The notes under the pieces: generated by a model
The model's input: the letters and a program-made list of their open reading frames with translations, nothing else
Told to the model about the DNA's origin: nothing
Databases searched by the model: none
Part shown: in pieces, positions 10,569 through 21,862 of the stretch
How the letters are laid out: every line of letters begins with the position of its first letter
Numbering within the stretch: the first letter of the stretch is position 1
Source of the DNA: Candidatus Multivorans sp.
GTDB taxonomy: Bacteria; Acidobacteriota; Thermoanaerobaculia; Multivoradales; Multivoraceae
NCBI GenBank assembly: GCA_965247095.1
Contig: OZ251997.1
Location: forward strand, 3,584,001-3,648,000
Direction: 5' to 3'
DNA: 64,000 bases
Position numbers and translations under genes: made by a program

Positions 10569-11897
10569 TTGCGCAAGATCCTGGTCGCCAACCGGGGCGA
10601 GATCGCGGTGCGGGTCATCCGCGGCTGCCGGGACCTCGACATCGCGACCGTCGGGGTCTTCAGCACCGCGGACCGTGACGCCCTCCATGTGCGGCTCGCC
10701 GACGAGGCGGTCTGCGTGGGGCCTCCGGCGCCGGCCGGGAGCTACCTGCACCAGCGCAACCTGCTCTCGGCAGCACTCATCACCGGCGCTGAGGCGATCC
10801 ATCCCGGCTACGGGTTCCTGGCCGAGAACGCCGACTTCGCGGCCGCCGTAGAGCAGTGCGGCCTGATCTGGATCGGGCCCTCGCCGTCGTCGATCCGCAC
10901 CCTGGGCGACAAGAGCCGAGCGCGCGAAGCCGCGGTCGCGGCCGATGTGCCGGTGCTCGAGGGCGGTCCGCTGCCGGAGTCGTCCGCGGAAGCGGCGGCG
11001 TTTGCCGACGGGATCGGCTATCCGCTGATGCTGAAGGCCGCCGCGGGCGGTGGCGGCCGCGGCATGCGGGCCGTCCGTGACCGCGCCGGACTTAAGAGCG
11101 CTCTCCAGTCGGCGGCGAGCGAGGCCCGCGCCGCCTTCGGTAGCGGCGAACTCATCGTGGAGCGGTTGGTGGAGCGCCCGCGCCACATCGAGGTCCAGGT
11201 CTTCGGCGACTCGTTCGGCCGCATGGTCGGGCTCGGCGAGCGCGACTGCTCGATTCAGCGCCGGCACCAGAAGCTGGTGGAGGAAGCTCCGGCCCCAAGG
11301 GTAGGGGCGGACCTGCGGCGATCGCTGGGCGCGGCCGCGCTGCGGCTGGCGAAGCGGGTCGGCTACGCGAACGCGGGCACGGTCGAGTTCCTCGTGGACG
11401 GCGACCGCTTCTACTTCCTGGAGATGAACACGCGCATCCAGGTCGAACATCCGGTGACCGAGTCGGTGACCGGCGTCGACCTGGTCAAGCTGCAGATCCT
11501 GGCCGCCGCCGGCGAGCCGCTGGGGTTGCCCGACGGCATCGAGACCAGCGGTCACGCGATCGAATGCCGGATCAACGCGGAGGATCCGGAGACCTTCGCG
11601 CCCTCGCCGGGCACGCTCAGCCGCTACCGACCGCCGGCCGGCCCGGGCATCCGGGTCGACAGCCACGGATTCGAGGGCGCGTCGATGCCGCCGCACTACG
11701 ATTCGCTGGTGGCCAAGGTGATCGCCCACGGCGCGAACCGGGAGGAGGCGATCTCGAGGATGGCCCGCGCCCTGATGGAGTTCGACATCGACGGTGTCCG
11801 CACCACGCTGCCGCTGATGCGGCGGATCGTCCGATCGCGGGCATTCGCCGACGCCGAACTCGACACCGGGTTTCTCGCCCGGCTGGACGAAGAATGA
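10569..11897 (+). CDS. accC: Biotin carboxylase
   Basis: KILVANRGEIA, HPGYGFLAEN, GGGGRGMR, EMNTRIQVEHPVTE; TTG start inferred. Confidence 0.96.
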   Translation: MRKILVANRGEIAVRVIRGCRDLDIATVGVFSTADRDALHVRLADEAVCVGPPAPAGSYLHQRNLLSAALITGAEAIHPGYGFLAENADFAAAVEQCGLIWIGPSPSSIRTLGDKSRAREAAVAADVPVLEGGPLPESSAEAAAFADGIGYPLMLKAAAGGGGRGMRAVRDRAGLKSALQSAASEARAAFGSGELIVERLVERPRHIEVQVFGDSFGRMVGLGERDCSIQRRHQKLVEEAPAPRVGADLRRSLGAAALRLAKRVGYANAGTVEFLVDGDRFYFLEMNTRIQVEHPVTESVTGVDLVKLQILAAAGEPLGLPDGIETSGHAIECRINAEDPETFAPSPGTLSRYRPPAGPGIRVDSHGFEGASMPPHYDSLVAKVIAHGANREEAISRMARALMEFDIDGVRTTLPLMRRIVRSRAFADAELDTGFLARLDEE

Positions 11898-12628
11898 GCG
11901 CCGGTCGGGGTCCTGGGAACGCGGGCGTCTCGCCCGCATCGGCCGCAGGCCGGTCTCCGGTTCCGCTCCGGCCTCCCCCGAACCGCCTGTACGCGATCGT
12001 CGACACGGGACTCTTCGGTGCGCGACCGGAACCGGTCGCCGGGGCAGTGCGGACGCTGCTCGACTGCGGAGTGCGCTGGATCCAGCTACGCGCCAAGGGC
12101 CTGCCGGACCTCGAGATGTGGCGCCTGGCGGAGGCGGTGGGCCGGGTCGTCGAGGAGGCGACTGCTGCAGGCAGCGGCGCCGTTTCGGACGCTTCCCTGT
12201 TCTGGATCAACGACCGGACCGCCATCGCGGCCGCCCTGCCGGCCGCGCGCGGCCTGCACCTCGGCCAGGACGATCTGCCGCCCTCGGCGGCGCGCCTGTC
12301 GCTGCCGCGGCACTGCCGCATCGGCCGCTCGACCCACAGCCGCGAGCAGGCAATCGAGGCCGACCGCGATCCGGCGGTCGACGCGGTGGCGATCGGCCCC
12401 GCGTTCGGGACCTCGACGAAGAATCGGCCGGACCCCGTCGTCGGGCTCGCCGGAGTAGCCGCCGCGCGCGCGGTCACCGCCAAGCCCCTGATCGCCATCG
12501 GCGGCATCGACGCCGCGCGCGCACCGCGCGTGATCGAGGCCGGCGCCGACGCCGTGGCCGTGATCTCCGCCCTCGATCCGCACCGCCTGGAATCGAGCTG
12601 CCGCCTCCTGCTGCGCTCGCTCCGCTGA
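11894..12628 (+). CDS. thiE: Thiamine-phosphate synthase
   Basis: LYAIVD, IQLRAK, INDR, GLHLGQDD, GRSTH, AIGGI. Confidence 0.92.
   Translation: MSAGRGPGNAGVSPASAAGRSPVPLRPPPNRLYAIVDTGLFGARPEPVAGAVRTLLDCGVRWIQLRAKGLPDLEMWRLAEAVGRVVEEATAAGSGAVSDASLFWINDRTAIAAALPAARGLHLGQDDLPPSAARLSLPRHCRIGRSTHSREQAIEADRDPAVDAVAIGPAFGTSTKNRPDPVVGLAGVAAARAVTAKPLIAIGGIDAARAPRVIEAGADAVAVISALDPHRLESSCRLLLRSLR
11912..11943 (+). repeat. REP-like palindrome (module C) inside the thiE 5' end
   Basis: cctgggaacgcgggcgtctcgcccgcatc resembles cctgggaacgcgggcatcctgcccgcatcc at 28081. Confidence 0.75.
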
Positions 12629-12649
12629 AGAGGCGCGGTTGCCGAGCCT

Positions 12650-13165
12650 CTACCGGGAGTTCCGGGACGTCAGACCCAGCTCCCCGGCCACGCTCGCCGC
12701 AACGATCTTCGCCGGCTCAAACCCCTTGGTTTGAACTCGCACGTCCGCCAGGCGATACGACTCAAGCCGGGCCTCGTACAGCACCCGAGCCTGCTCCGGC
12801 GACTCGAACAGCGGCCGCCGGCGGTGTGAGCCTTCAGCCCGGCGGCAGAGGATCTCCCACGGCGGGTCGAGCCAGACGCTACGGCCGAGACCCGCGATCA
12901 GGCGCCGGTTGCGCTCCAGCGTGAAGGCGCCGCCGCCGGTGGCGACGACGACCGGATCGAGCGCGGCGCAGCGTTGGAGCGCCGCAGTTTCGCGCTCACG
13001 GAAGTGGGCCTCACCGTGTTCGAGGATCATCTCGGCCACTGGCTGCCCCTCGTGGGCGGCGATGTCCGAGTCGAGATCCCGGAAGGGCCAACCGAGGGAC
13101 CGGGCCAGCAAACGCCCGACCTTGCTCTTGCCGGCCGCCATGAAGCCGACCAGGAAGACGCGCAC
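12650..13165 (-). CDS. aroK: Shikimate kinase
   Basis: GFMAAGKS, DLD, GEAHFRERE, ATGGG, RRPL. Confidence 0.95.
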   Translation of the reverse strand: MRVFLVGFMAAGKSKVGRLLARSLGWPFRDLDSDIAAHEGQPVAEMILEHGEAHFRERETAALQRCAALDPVVVATGGGAFTLERNRRLIAGLGRSVWLDPPWEILCRRAEGSHRRRPLFESPEQARVLYEARLESYRLADVRVQTKGFEPAKIVAASVAGELGLTSRNSR

Positions 13166-13183
13166 AGAAGCCCCGCGGAACGG

Positions 13184-13300
13184 TCAGCCGTCCTGCGCGC
13201 GGGACCGCTCGCTCCTGAGCGCCCGCACCAGGAAGAAAGAGAAGCCTCCCCACACGAAGCCGCAGATCAGGACCAGGACCAGAATGGCAAGCGGGGACAT
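13184..13300 (-). CDS. 38-aa single-TM protein, resembling MetS-type NSS transporter small subunits
   Basis: Translated by hand: MSPLAILVLVLICGFVWGGFSFFLVRALRSERSRAQDG, with a WGG motif; below the ORF-track length cutoff. Confidence 0.6.
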   Translation of the reverse strand: MSPLAILVLVLICGFVWGGFSFFLVRALRSERSRAQDG

Positions 13301-13396
13301 CGGACTTCAGGTACTCCGCGGGAACTATACGCCAGCCGCCGAAGAGTACGAGTCGAGGTGTACAGTTCGAAGCAGCACTCGGGACGGGAGCAGACG

Positions 13397-13654
13397 ATGG
13401 AGATCTCCGCCAGCGGTCTAGGAAGTCGGCTAGCAGAAGCACTGGCATGCCTCGACCGCGGCGAGTCGGTGACGGTCACCTTTCGCGGGAAACCGAGAGC
13501 CAGGCTGGTCTGCATCGAGCCGCCCCGCGAGGACGCGGTTTCACCCGCCTTCGGGATGTGGAAGGGCCGCGCCGACATGGCGGACGTTGAGACCCAGGTC
13601 AGACGTCTGCGGAATGAACGCTTCCACGCAGGTGCCAGCGGCGTCACCGGCTAG
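13397..13654 (+). CDS. Phd/YefM family antitoxin (orphan)
   Basis: LDRGESVTVTFRGKPRARLV...SPAFGMWKGR; GGGAG Shine-Dalgarno. Confidence 0.8.
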   Translation: MEISASGLGSRLAEALACLDRGESVTVTFRGKPRARLVCIEPPREDAVSPAFGMWKGRADMADVETQVRRLRNERFHAGASGVTG

Positions 13655-13835
13655 AGGGTTGCTTCCCACAGGGCCAAACCTCGCTCGATCGCCTCGTCCA
13701 GCCACTTTCGGAAGCGAGGTTCGATGTCTGCCGTCTTCTCCTTGTAGTTGATCCGGAAAACGTCTGCGCAGAGAGGTCGCTCTCCCGTCGACTCGAGCCT
13801 GTCGTCGTCGCCTTGAACCCGTTGGAACCAAGTGG
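13651..13835 (-). pseudogene. Probable C-terminal fragment of an unknown gene truncated at a MITE-like element
   Basis: Protein-like WFQRVQGDDDRLE...FRKWLDEAIERGLALWEATL*; its upstream frame runs into the repeat at 13841. Confidence 0.35.
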
Positions 13836-13840
13836 CGGAA

Positions 13841-14091
13841 CGTCCAGCCCGCAGGGGGTTCAGGGGGGAGGGTCCCAGGTGGCTGTCGGCAAGCGACGCC
13901 CGGTGCCCTTTCATCAACCGGTGGCGTACCGGAGCGCAGCCGACCGCAGCGAGCGCCAACCTCCCCCTATCCGAACAAGCGCGAACCCGGGTGGCGCGAC
14001 CCGCGCCACCCGTGAACCAGTCCGTGCGCCCGTCATCGGGCGCACGGATGGCGCGGCACCTGGGACCCTCCCCCCTGAACCCTCTGCGGGC
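13841..14091. mobile_element. MITE-like element with 35-bp terminal inverted repeats (TIRs) and internal hairpins
   Basis: TIRs 13847-13881 and 14057-14091 (1 mismatch); interior shared with 37032-37220 and 47844-47918. Confidence 0.8.
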
Positions 14092-14097
14092 GGGTGC

Positions 14098-15021
14098 TCA
14101 CAACGGGTTGTTGACGATTTCCTGGAACGTCTTGCCTTCGCGGGCCATGGCGATGAGCTGCTGCAGGCGGGTGCTGGCGCGAGCCTCGTTGGCGCTTTCC
14201 CAGGTTGCGGTGGCGCCGTCGCGGTCGCCGAGTTGCATCAGGAGCAGGCCTCGCATCATGGCTGCCTGCTCGTGACCGGGGTCGCTGCGCAGGGACCGGC
14301 TCAGTGCGTTCAGCGCGATGTCGGTTTGCCCCATCTGGAGGCGGACGATGCCGGAGACGTAGTGGCCGTCGGGATCCTCCGGATCGATCTCCAGCATGTG
14401 CTGGGCCTGCTGGAAGGCGTCGAAGGGACGGCCGTTCATCACCAGCAGTTGGGTCAGCGCGCGGTGCAGGTCGAGGTCGGTCGGATCGGCTTCGATCTGC
14501 CGCTGCAGTTCCTCGGCCTGCCGGGCCATCTCGGGTCCGAGCGGGGTCTGGCCCCGGAAGTCCGTGCCGTCGGCGGCCTGCTGATCGGCCATCTGCTGGG
14601 CCTCGGGATCGGGCTGGGCGTCGGACTGGGCCCAGATCACGAGGGCGGCGACCAGGCCGATCACGCCGCCGCCGAGCAAGACGCCGGAGAGCAGGGGGTG
14701 CGCCTGCACGAAGGCGCGGCCTCCGGGCGCCGCGGCCTTCTGGGCGCCGCTGCTCGGGGCGATGGTGGCAAGCACTTCCTCGACCTCGTCCAGCTCCTTG
14801 AGGACGCGGGCGGTGGACACCTGGAGCCGGCGGCGGTCGGCGGGCTCGAGTTCGCGCTGGGACAGGCGGCCGAGCAGATCTTCGCGGCGGCTCAGCAGGT
14901 CGGCCCGCCGCAGCTCAAGGGCGGCCGCGCGCGCCGCGGTTTCCCGAGGCAGCAACGCGAGCCCGATCCCCAGGCCGGCGAGGACGGCGGCCAGGAGCGT
15001 GATCGTCGCGACAAGAGTCAG
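14098..15021 (-). CDS. ccmI: CcmI/CycH-like TPR membrane protein
   Basis: Two TM segments followed by TPRs; last gene of the ccm cluster; CTG start inferred. Confidence 0.7.
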   Translation of the reverse strand: MTLVATITLLAAVLAGLGIGLALLPRETAARAAALELRRADLLSRREDLLGRLSQRELEPADRRRLQVSTARVLKELDEVEEVLATIAPSSGAQKAAAPGGRAFVQAHPLLSGVLLGGGVIGLVAALVIWAQSDAQPDPEAQQMADQQAADGTDFRGQTPLGPEMARQAEELQRQIEADPTDLDLHRALTQLLVMNGRPFDAFQQAQHMLEIDPEDPDGHYVSGIVRLQMGQTDIALNALSRSLRSDPGHEQAAMMRGLLLMQLGDRDGATATWESANEARASTRLQQLIAMAREGKTFQEIVNNPL

Positions 15022-15623
15022 GTCGCCGTCTCCTGCTCCACCCGCGCCAGGTAGTCGTCCAGGGCCTCTTCGTCTGTCCGGCGCCGCTGGCGCAGCCGGT
15101 GCACAACGAGCAGCGCTCCGAGCAGAACCATGGCTGCGGGCGCCGTCCACACGATCAGGTTGAGTCCCCGCGCACGGGGTTCGAGCAGCACGAACTCGCC
15201 GTAGCGCTGCTCGAAGTAGCGGGCGACCTGGTCGCGGGTGTAGCCGGCCGCGAGCAGGGACCGCGCTTCCTCGCGCATCGCCCGGGCCGACTCGGCGGCG
15301 GAATCGGCGATCGACAGCGCCTGGCACTTGGGACAGCGGATGTCGGCGGCGACCTTGGCCACGGCCCGGTCCAGTTCGTCGCCGGAGAGGGGTTGTCCGA
15401 GCGGCTCGCCCAACTCGCGGGACGCATCGACCCCCAGCCCCGGTCGACGCTCTCCTTCAGCCGGCGGTAGAAGAAGGTCAGGCTGGGTATCCCGCGGCTG
15501 GGTGTCCAGCGGCTGGGCCGAAGCCGGCGTGGCGAACGGGAGCGCAACCAGCAGCCCAAGGAGAGCGGCCACCGGGATCCACCGCCGGCCGTCTCGCCGG
15601 GACGTCGAGGTTCGGCGGCGCAT
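15018..15623 (-). CDS. ccmH: Cytochrome c maturation protein CcmH
   Basis: IRCPKCQALSIADS, RYGEFVLLEP, WTAP. Confidence 0.93.
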   Translation of the reverse strand: MRRRTSTSRRDGRRWIPVAALLGLLVALPFATPASAQPLDTQPRDTQPDLLLPPAEGERRPGLGVDASRELGEPLGQPLSGDELDRAVAKVAADIRCPKCQALSIADSAAESARAMREEARSLLAAGYTRDQVARYFEQRYGEFVLLEPRARGLNLIVWTAPAAMVLLGALLVVHRLRQRRRTDEEALDDYLARVEQETAT

Positions 15624-15624
15624 G

Positions 15625-16161
15625 TCAGCCGGTGGCTGCGGCCGGCTGCGCTAGAAGGCGGTCCGCGGTCTCAAGCAGCTTCTCCGGCCACACGGCGCCG
15701 CTCACCTTGTCCACGATCACGCCGTCTTGGTCGATGAAGAAGGTCTCCGGCGGACCGTAGACGCCGTAGGCGATGGCGACCCGGCTGCCTTCGTCGATCA
15801 GCGACGGACCCCAACTCCCGTACTCCGTGTTGAAGCGTGCGATCTGCTGCGGGTCGTCCTGGAAGATGACGCCGACGAAGTGGATCTCCCCGCGCCAGCG
15901 CTGAGAGCCCGCCATCAACAGGGGGTGCTCCACGATGCAGGGTGGGCAGTAGGTCGACCAGAAGTTGATCACCACCGGGCGGCCGCGCAGTGCCTCGAGG
16001 TCCACGATGCGGCCATCGAGGCCGGCGAGCCGGAAACTCGGCGCAGGCTGGCCCACCAGGGGCGACTCGACGATGGCGGGGTCGTGCTGGAAGGCGAATC
16101 CAAGCAGGACCAGCAGCGGCACGGAGATGGCCAGGCCGATCAGGAGGACCTTGCGGTTCAT
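15625..16161 (-). CDS. ccmG: Thiol-disulfide oxidoreductase CcmG/TlpA
   Basis: INFWSTYCPPC, YGVYGPPETFFID. Confidence 0.88.
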   Translation of the reverse strand: MNRKVLLIGLAISVPLLVLLGFAFQHDPAIVESPLVGQPAPSFRLAGLDGRIVDLEALRGRPVVINFWSTYCPPCIVEHPLLMAGSQRWRGEIHFVGVIFQDDPQQIARFNTEYGSWGPSLIDEGSRVAIAYGVYGPPETFFIDQDGVIVDKVSGAVWPEKLLETADRLLAQPAAATG

Positions 16162-16207
16162 CTGGTCACCACGGGTTGCTGGCGGCCACTCAAGCCGGCG
16201 CTGCGCG

Positions 16208-16239
16208 CCGGATGCGGGCAAGATGCCCGCGTTCCCAGG
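16208..16239 (-). repeat. REP-like palindrome (module C)
   Basis: ccggatgcgggcaagatgcccgcgttcccagg is the reverse complement of 28081-28112 (1 mismatch). Confidence 0.85.
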
Positions 16240-16246
16240 TTGCGGT

Positions 16247-18246
<2,000 letters not shown>

Positions 18247-18250
<4 letters not shown>

Positions 18251-18735
18251 GTGTCGAACTGCATGGACTCGATCAACTCCGCCATGCCGCGCTGGTCATC
18301 GACGTCGGGGGCCTGGTACTCGTTGTCGTGCTTCACCAGGAGGCGCGAGGTCGCGAACTGGCCGTCCCGCCCCATCGTCCCCTCGAGCACGACGCCGATG
18401 CCCTCCCGGAACATGGCCGGCGGCACGGCGGTGGTGCGGACATCGATCTGCGACGTGCCGTCGGTGACCGTGAACTCGAGGGTCAGGCCGTCTTCGCTCC
18501 GGCTCACCGAGCCGTTCTCGACCAGGCCGCCGAGCCGGATGCTGGCGCCGATCGCCTCTGGCCCTGCTTCGTGGACTTCCGAAGGGCTCCAGTAGTAGAC
18601 CAGGTTCTCGCCGACGTCGCCGAAGGCCAGAACGGAGAGGGCGATGGCCACCGCGGCGCCCGCGGCCAGCAGCAGAAGACGCCGGTTGCCGCGGCTAGGC
18701 GTTGCGCTGGTGGGGGTCGTGGGTTCCGTGCTCAT
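18247..18735 (-). CDS. ccmE: Heme chaperone CcmE
   Basis: NLVYYWSP, IRLGGLV, PAMFREG, KHDNEY (HxxxY). Confidence 0.95.
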
Positions 18736-18877
18736 TGCTCTGTTCCTGCGCCGGTGCGTTGCCTTCGATCGGTCGCAGGCGCGCGAACAGACTGAAGGTG
18801 TAGAGGGCCAGGACGGCGCCCGCCGAACCATAGGCGGCAACGACCCATCCCCAACCGCCGACTATAACGCCGTCCAC
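18695..18877 (-). CDS. ccmD: CcmD-like small membrane protein
   Basis: GWGWVVAAYGSAGAVLALY; immediately upstream of ccmE. Confidence 0.65.
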   Translation of the reverse strand: MDGVIVGGWGWVVAAYGSAGAVLALYTFSLFARLRPIEGNAPAQEQSNEHGTHDPHQRNA

Positions 18878-18925
18878 CCTTCGTTTTCTCCTCTGCGTGA
18901 CGGAAGCCGGACTGCCGGCGGGCCG

Positions 18926-19606
18926 TCACTCCTCCATCGCCACGGCGGCCAGGACGCCACCCAGCGCCCAGTAGATCACATCGAAGGCGAGCAGAATGAC
19001 GAACCAACTGCCCGTCTGATCCATCGGATCCCCGTGCAGTATCAGCGCCGCGCTCTTGACCGAGGCGATCAGCACCGGGATGACCAGGGGAAAGAGGAGC
19101 AGGGGCAGCAGCACGTCCTGACTCGAGGCACGACTGGTCATCGCCGCGTACAGGGTGCCCGGCGCGGCGAGTCCGGCGGCGGCAAGCAGCCAGACGCCGA
19201 GCAGCCAGAGCAGAGCGTTCGGTCCGGCGTCGACGCCGTAGATGATGATCGCCGAGGGCAGCAGCACCGGCGCCAGCAGGGCCAGGAACACGAAGTTGCC
19301 GAGCGCCTTGGCGTAGAAAAGAACCGCCGGTTCGACCGGCAGCAGCAACAGCCCCTCCAGGGCCCGGTTCTCCCGTTCGACCCGGAAGGACTCCGAGAGC
19401 CCCAGGGTCGAACTCAGGAGCAGGGCAAGGATCAGGAAGCCGGGCGCCATGGTCGCCGCCGCGCGGTCGTCGGCGTCGATGGCGAAGGAGAACAGCACCA
19501 GCGTGATGCCTCCGAAGAGCACGATGGAGAAGAAGCGGAACCGGCCCCGCCACTCGACCCGCAGGTCCTTGAGCAGCAGCACGAGAATCGGGCGGAACAG
19601 TTTCAT
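18926..19606 (-). CDS. ccmB: Heme exporter permease CcmB
   Basis: KDLRVEWR, LLPLLLFPLVIPVLI. Confidence 0.93.
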   Translation of the reverse strand: MKLFRPILVLLLKDLRVEWRGRFRFFSIVLFGGITLVLFSFAIDADDRAAATMAPGFLILALLLSSTLGLSESFRVERENRALEGLLLLPVEPAVLFYAKALGNFVFLALLAPVLLPSAIIIYGVDAGPNALLWLLGVWLLAAAGLAAPGTLYAAMTSRASSQDVLLPLLLFPLVIPVLIASVKSAALILHGDPMDQTGSWFVILLAFDVIYWALGGVLAAVAMEE

Positions 19607-20289
19607 TGCCGTCGCAGCCTCCGCCCCCAGGCGGCAGAGACATCGGCGGCCGCGCCCTGCCACACCGCCTGGCCCTGCTCGAGCAGCACCGCCCGGCGGC
19701 ACATGCGGGCAGCCCGCTCGATCGCGTGCGAGGCGACGATCAGTGTCCCGCCGGCGTCCACGAAACGCCCGATCCAGCTTTCGATCAAAGCTTGCCCCTG
19801 GGGGTCGAGGGACGCGAAGGGCTCGTCGAGGAGCAGCAACCGCGGGTTCTCCAGACGGGAGCGCGCGAGGATCAGGCGCTTCCTCATGCCGGCCGAGAAA
19901 CCGGCGACCTGGCGGTCGGCGTCGGCGGAGAGACCGAGTTCCCCGAGCAGGTCGTGGAGTTGGGACTGACTGGAGCGCCGGCCGCGGAGCGAACTCCAGA
20001 GCTGCAGCGTCTCCAGGGCGGTGAGCCGGTCGTAGAGATAGTCGTGGTGGGAGACCAGGGACAGGGTGCTGCGGACCCCGAAGCGATCCTCGGCCGCGCG
20101 CCGGCCGTCGACCCGGAGTTCGCCCGCCGTGGGACGCCGGAGTCCGGCGATCAACCGCAGCAGGGTCGTCTTGCCGGAGCCGTTGGCCCCGGCCAGCAGC
20201 AGGCGGTCGCCGGACGCGAGGTCGAGGTCGACGTGGGCGAGAGCCCACTGCGAGCCGAAGCGGATACCGAGTCCGCGTGCGCGGATCAT
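19603..20289 (-). CDS. ccmA: Heme exporter ATPase CcmA
   Basis: GANGSGKT, FSAGMRKR, LLLDEP. Confidence 0.92.
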   Translation of the reverse strand: MIRARGLGIRFGSQWALAHVDLDLASGDRLLLAGANGSGKTTLLRLIAGLRRPTAGELRVDGRRAAEDRFGVRSTLSLVSHHDYLYDRLTALETLQLWSSLRGRRSSQSQLHDLLGELGLSADADRQVAGFSAGMRKRLILARSRLENPRLLLLDEPFASLDPQGQALIESWIGRFVDAGGTLIVASHAIERAARMCRRAVLLEQGQAVWQGAAADVSAAWGRRLRRQ

Positions 20290-20522
20290 TGGCGCGCTCC
20301 GAGCCCGCACCGTCTTGGGGATCGCAGGTGCGATCCCAGTACCGCTCTTCCGAGTCCGTGTGCGTGAATCAAGGTCTCGACCCGGTTACTCTCTCTGCGG
20401 CGAATGCGGGGACGCTGGTCCCCGGGCGGAGAGGGTATAGCAGCCGCGGGTTGCCGGCGCCGGGCCGCGGCGCTCGCGCCACCCTCAGGCCGGCCCGCAA
20501 CAATCGGGCGCCGGAGACGTAG

Positions 20523-21110
20523 GTGAAGGCTGTGGAGGCAACTCGGGCGACCGACGAGGAGTTGGTGGCTGCGATTCTGGACGGCGAGGCCGCCCTGTAC
20601 ACCGACCTCGTGCAGAGGTATCAGGGGCGCTTGGTCAACTACCTGAATCGCTTTCTCTTCAATGTCGACGAGTCGCAGGAGTTGTCCCAGGAAGTGTTTC
20701 TGAAGGTCTACCGGGCCCTCGACCGTTACAACCCCAGGTACCGATTTTCGACATGGCTGTTTCGGGTGGCAAAGAACGCGGCGATCGACCTGCTTCGCAA
20801 GCGGCGCCTCAAGCTGGTTCCGATGCAGCGGGTCGGCGTCTACGGAGAGACCCGGGAGAGGGAGTTTCCGAGTGAGGAGAGAGACCCCTACCAGGTGCTT
20901 CGGAATCTCGAGCGGCGCGATGCCATCGGGGCCGCGATCGACAGCCTGACGGACGAGTACCGGGAGCTGATCCAGTTGAGGCACTTCGCCGAAATGACCT
21001 ACGAAGAGATCGCCGAGTTCAAGGGCATGCCCCTGGGCACGGTGAAGAACAAGTTGTTTCGCGGCCGCCGGGTGCTGAAGGCCCGGTTGGCTGGATACCT
21101 CACCGACTGA
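20523..21110 (+). CDS. ECF sigma-70 factor
   Basis: SQEVFLKVY, FSTWLFRVAKN, YEEIAE..GTVKNKLFRGR. Confidence 0.95.
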   Translation: MKAVEATRATDEELVAAILDGEAALYTDLVQRYQGRLVNYLNRFLFNVDESQELSQEVFLKVYRALDRYNPRYRFSTWLFRVAKNAAIDLLRKRRLKLVPMQRVGVYGETREREFPSEERDPYQVLRNLERRDAIGAAIDSLTDEYRELIQLRHFAEMTYEEIAEFKGMPLGTVKNKLFRGRRVLKARLAGYLTD

Positions 21111-21131
21111 AGGACGGGGGGAGTTCTAGGG

Positions 21132-21740
21132 ATGACGAGTTCGGAGAGGACGCCTTCGAGGAAAGGGCTGAGCGCGGGGAAAGGGGTCAGCGGTTCCATG
21201 TCCGGCGCCTGTTCCCATGCCGAGTTGATCGACGCCTATGTCGACGGCGCCGTGAGCGAACCCGAGCGCGAGCAGGCGGAGCGGCACTTCGTGGAGTGCG
21301 CCGAGTGCCGCGACGAGGCGCGCGGGTTGGCCGCCCTGCGTGAACTCCTGGCCGAGGAACGGCTCGCGCCCGAGCCGCTCGAGATCGATGTCCAGGCGCC
21401 GTCGCGGGCCCGGGGCCGCAGGGCTGTGGCGGCGGCCGCTGCCCTGGTGGGGCTCTTCGGCGGCGCGCTGGCGGTGCTCGCCGGATTGGCGCCCCAGGTC
21501 GAATCGGCGGCCTCCGCTGTGGCGACGCTGTTCGACTTCACGCTTACCGTCGGGCTGGTCGGCGCCGGCCTGCTCGATGCCTCGTGGCGGGGGATGAGCG
21601 CGGCGGTGTCCTCGGTGCTCCAACCCGCGGCGCCCGGTCTGCTGTTCGGCGGCCTGGCGGCCACGGGCCTCACCGCGCTCCTGTTTTCCCTGCTCAGACG
21701 CGGTTCCAGGGCGGCGGCGCGGGAACGGCAACGGCGCTGA
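21132..21740 (+). CDS. Zinc-binding anti-sigma factor (zf-HC2), membrane-anchored
   Basis: LIDAYVDG...HFVECAEC (HxxxCxxC) plus TM helices; follows the ECF sigma. Confidence 0.85.
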   Translation: MTSSERTPSRKGLSAGKGVSGSMSGACSHAELIDAYVDGAVSEPEREQAERHFVECAECRDEARGLAALRELLAEERLAPEPLEIDVQAPSRARGRRAVAAAAALVGLFGGALAVLAGLAPQVESAASAVATLFDFTLTVGLVGAGLLDASWRGMSAAVSSVLQPAAPGLLFGGLAATGLTALLFSLLRRGSRAAARERQRR

Positions 21741-21811
21741 CGGTCCCCGGTCGCGGCGGCTTCGCGCCCTGTCGGCCCGGCGTGCGGCGCGACCCTGACC
21801 CCTGCCGCAAT

Positions 21812-21847
21812 GGGCGCTACGGGCGCTACGGGCGCTACCGGCGCTAC
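21812..21847. repeat. 9-bp tandem repeat, 4 copies (GGGCGCTAC)
   Basis: gggcgctac x3 plus cggcgctac. Confidence 0.9.
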
Positions 21848-21862
21848 GATCGGCGGCGTCCC

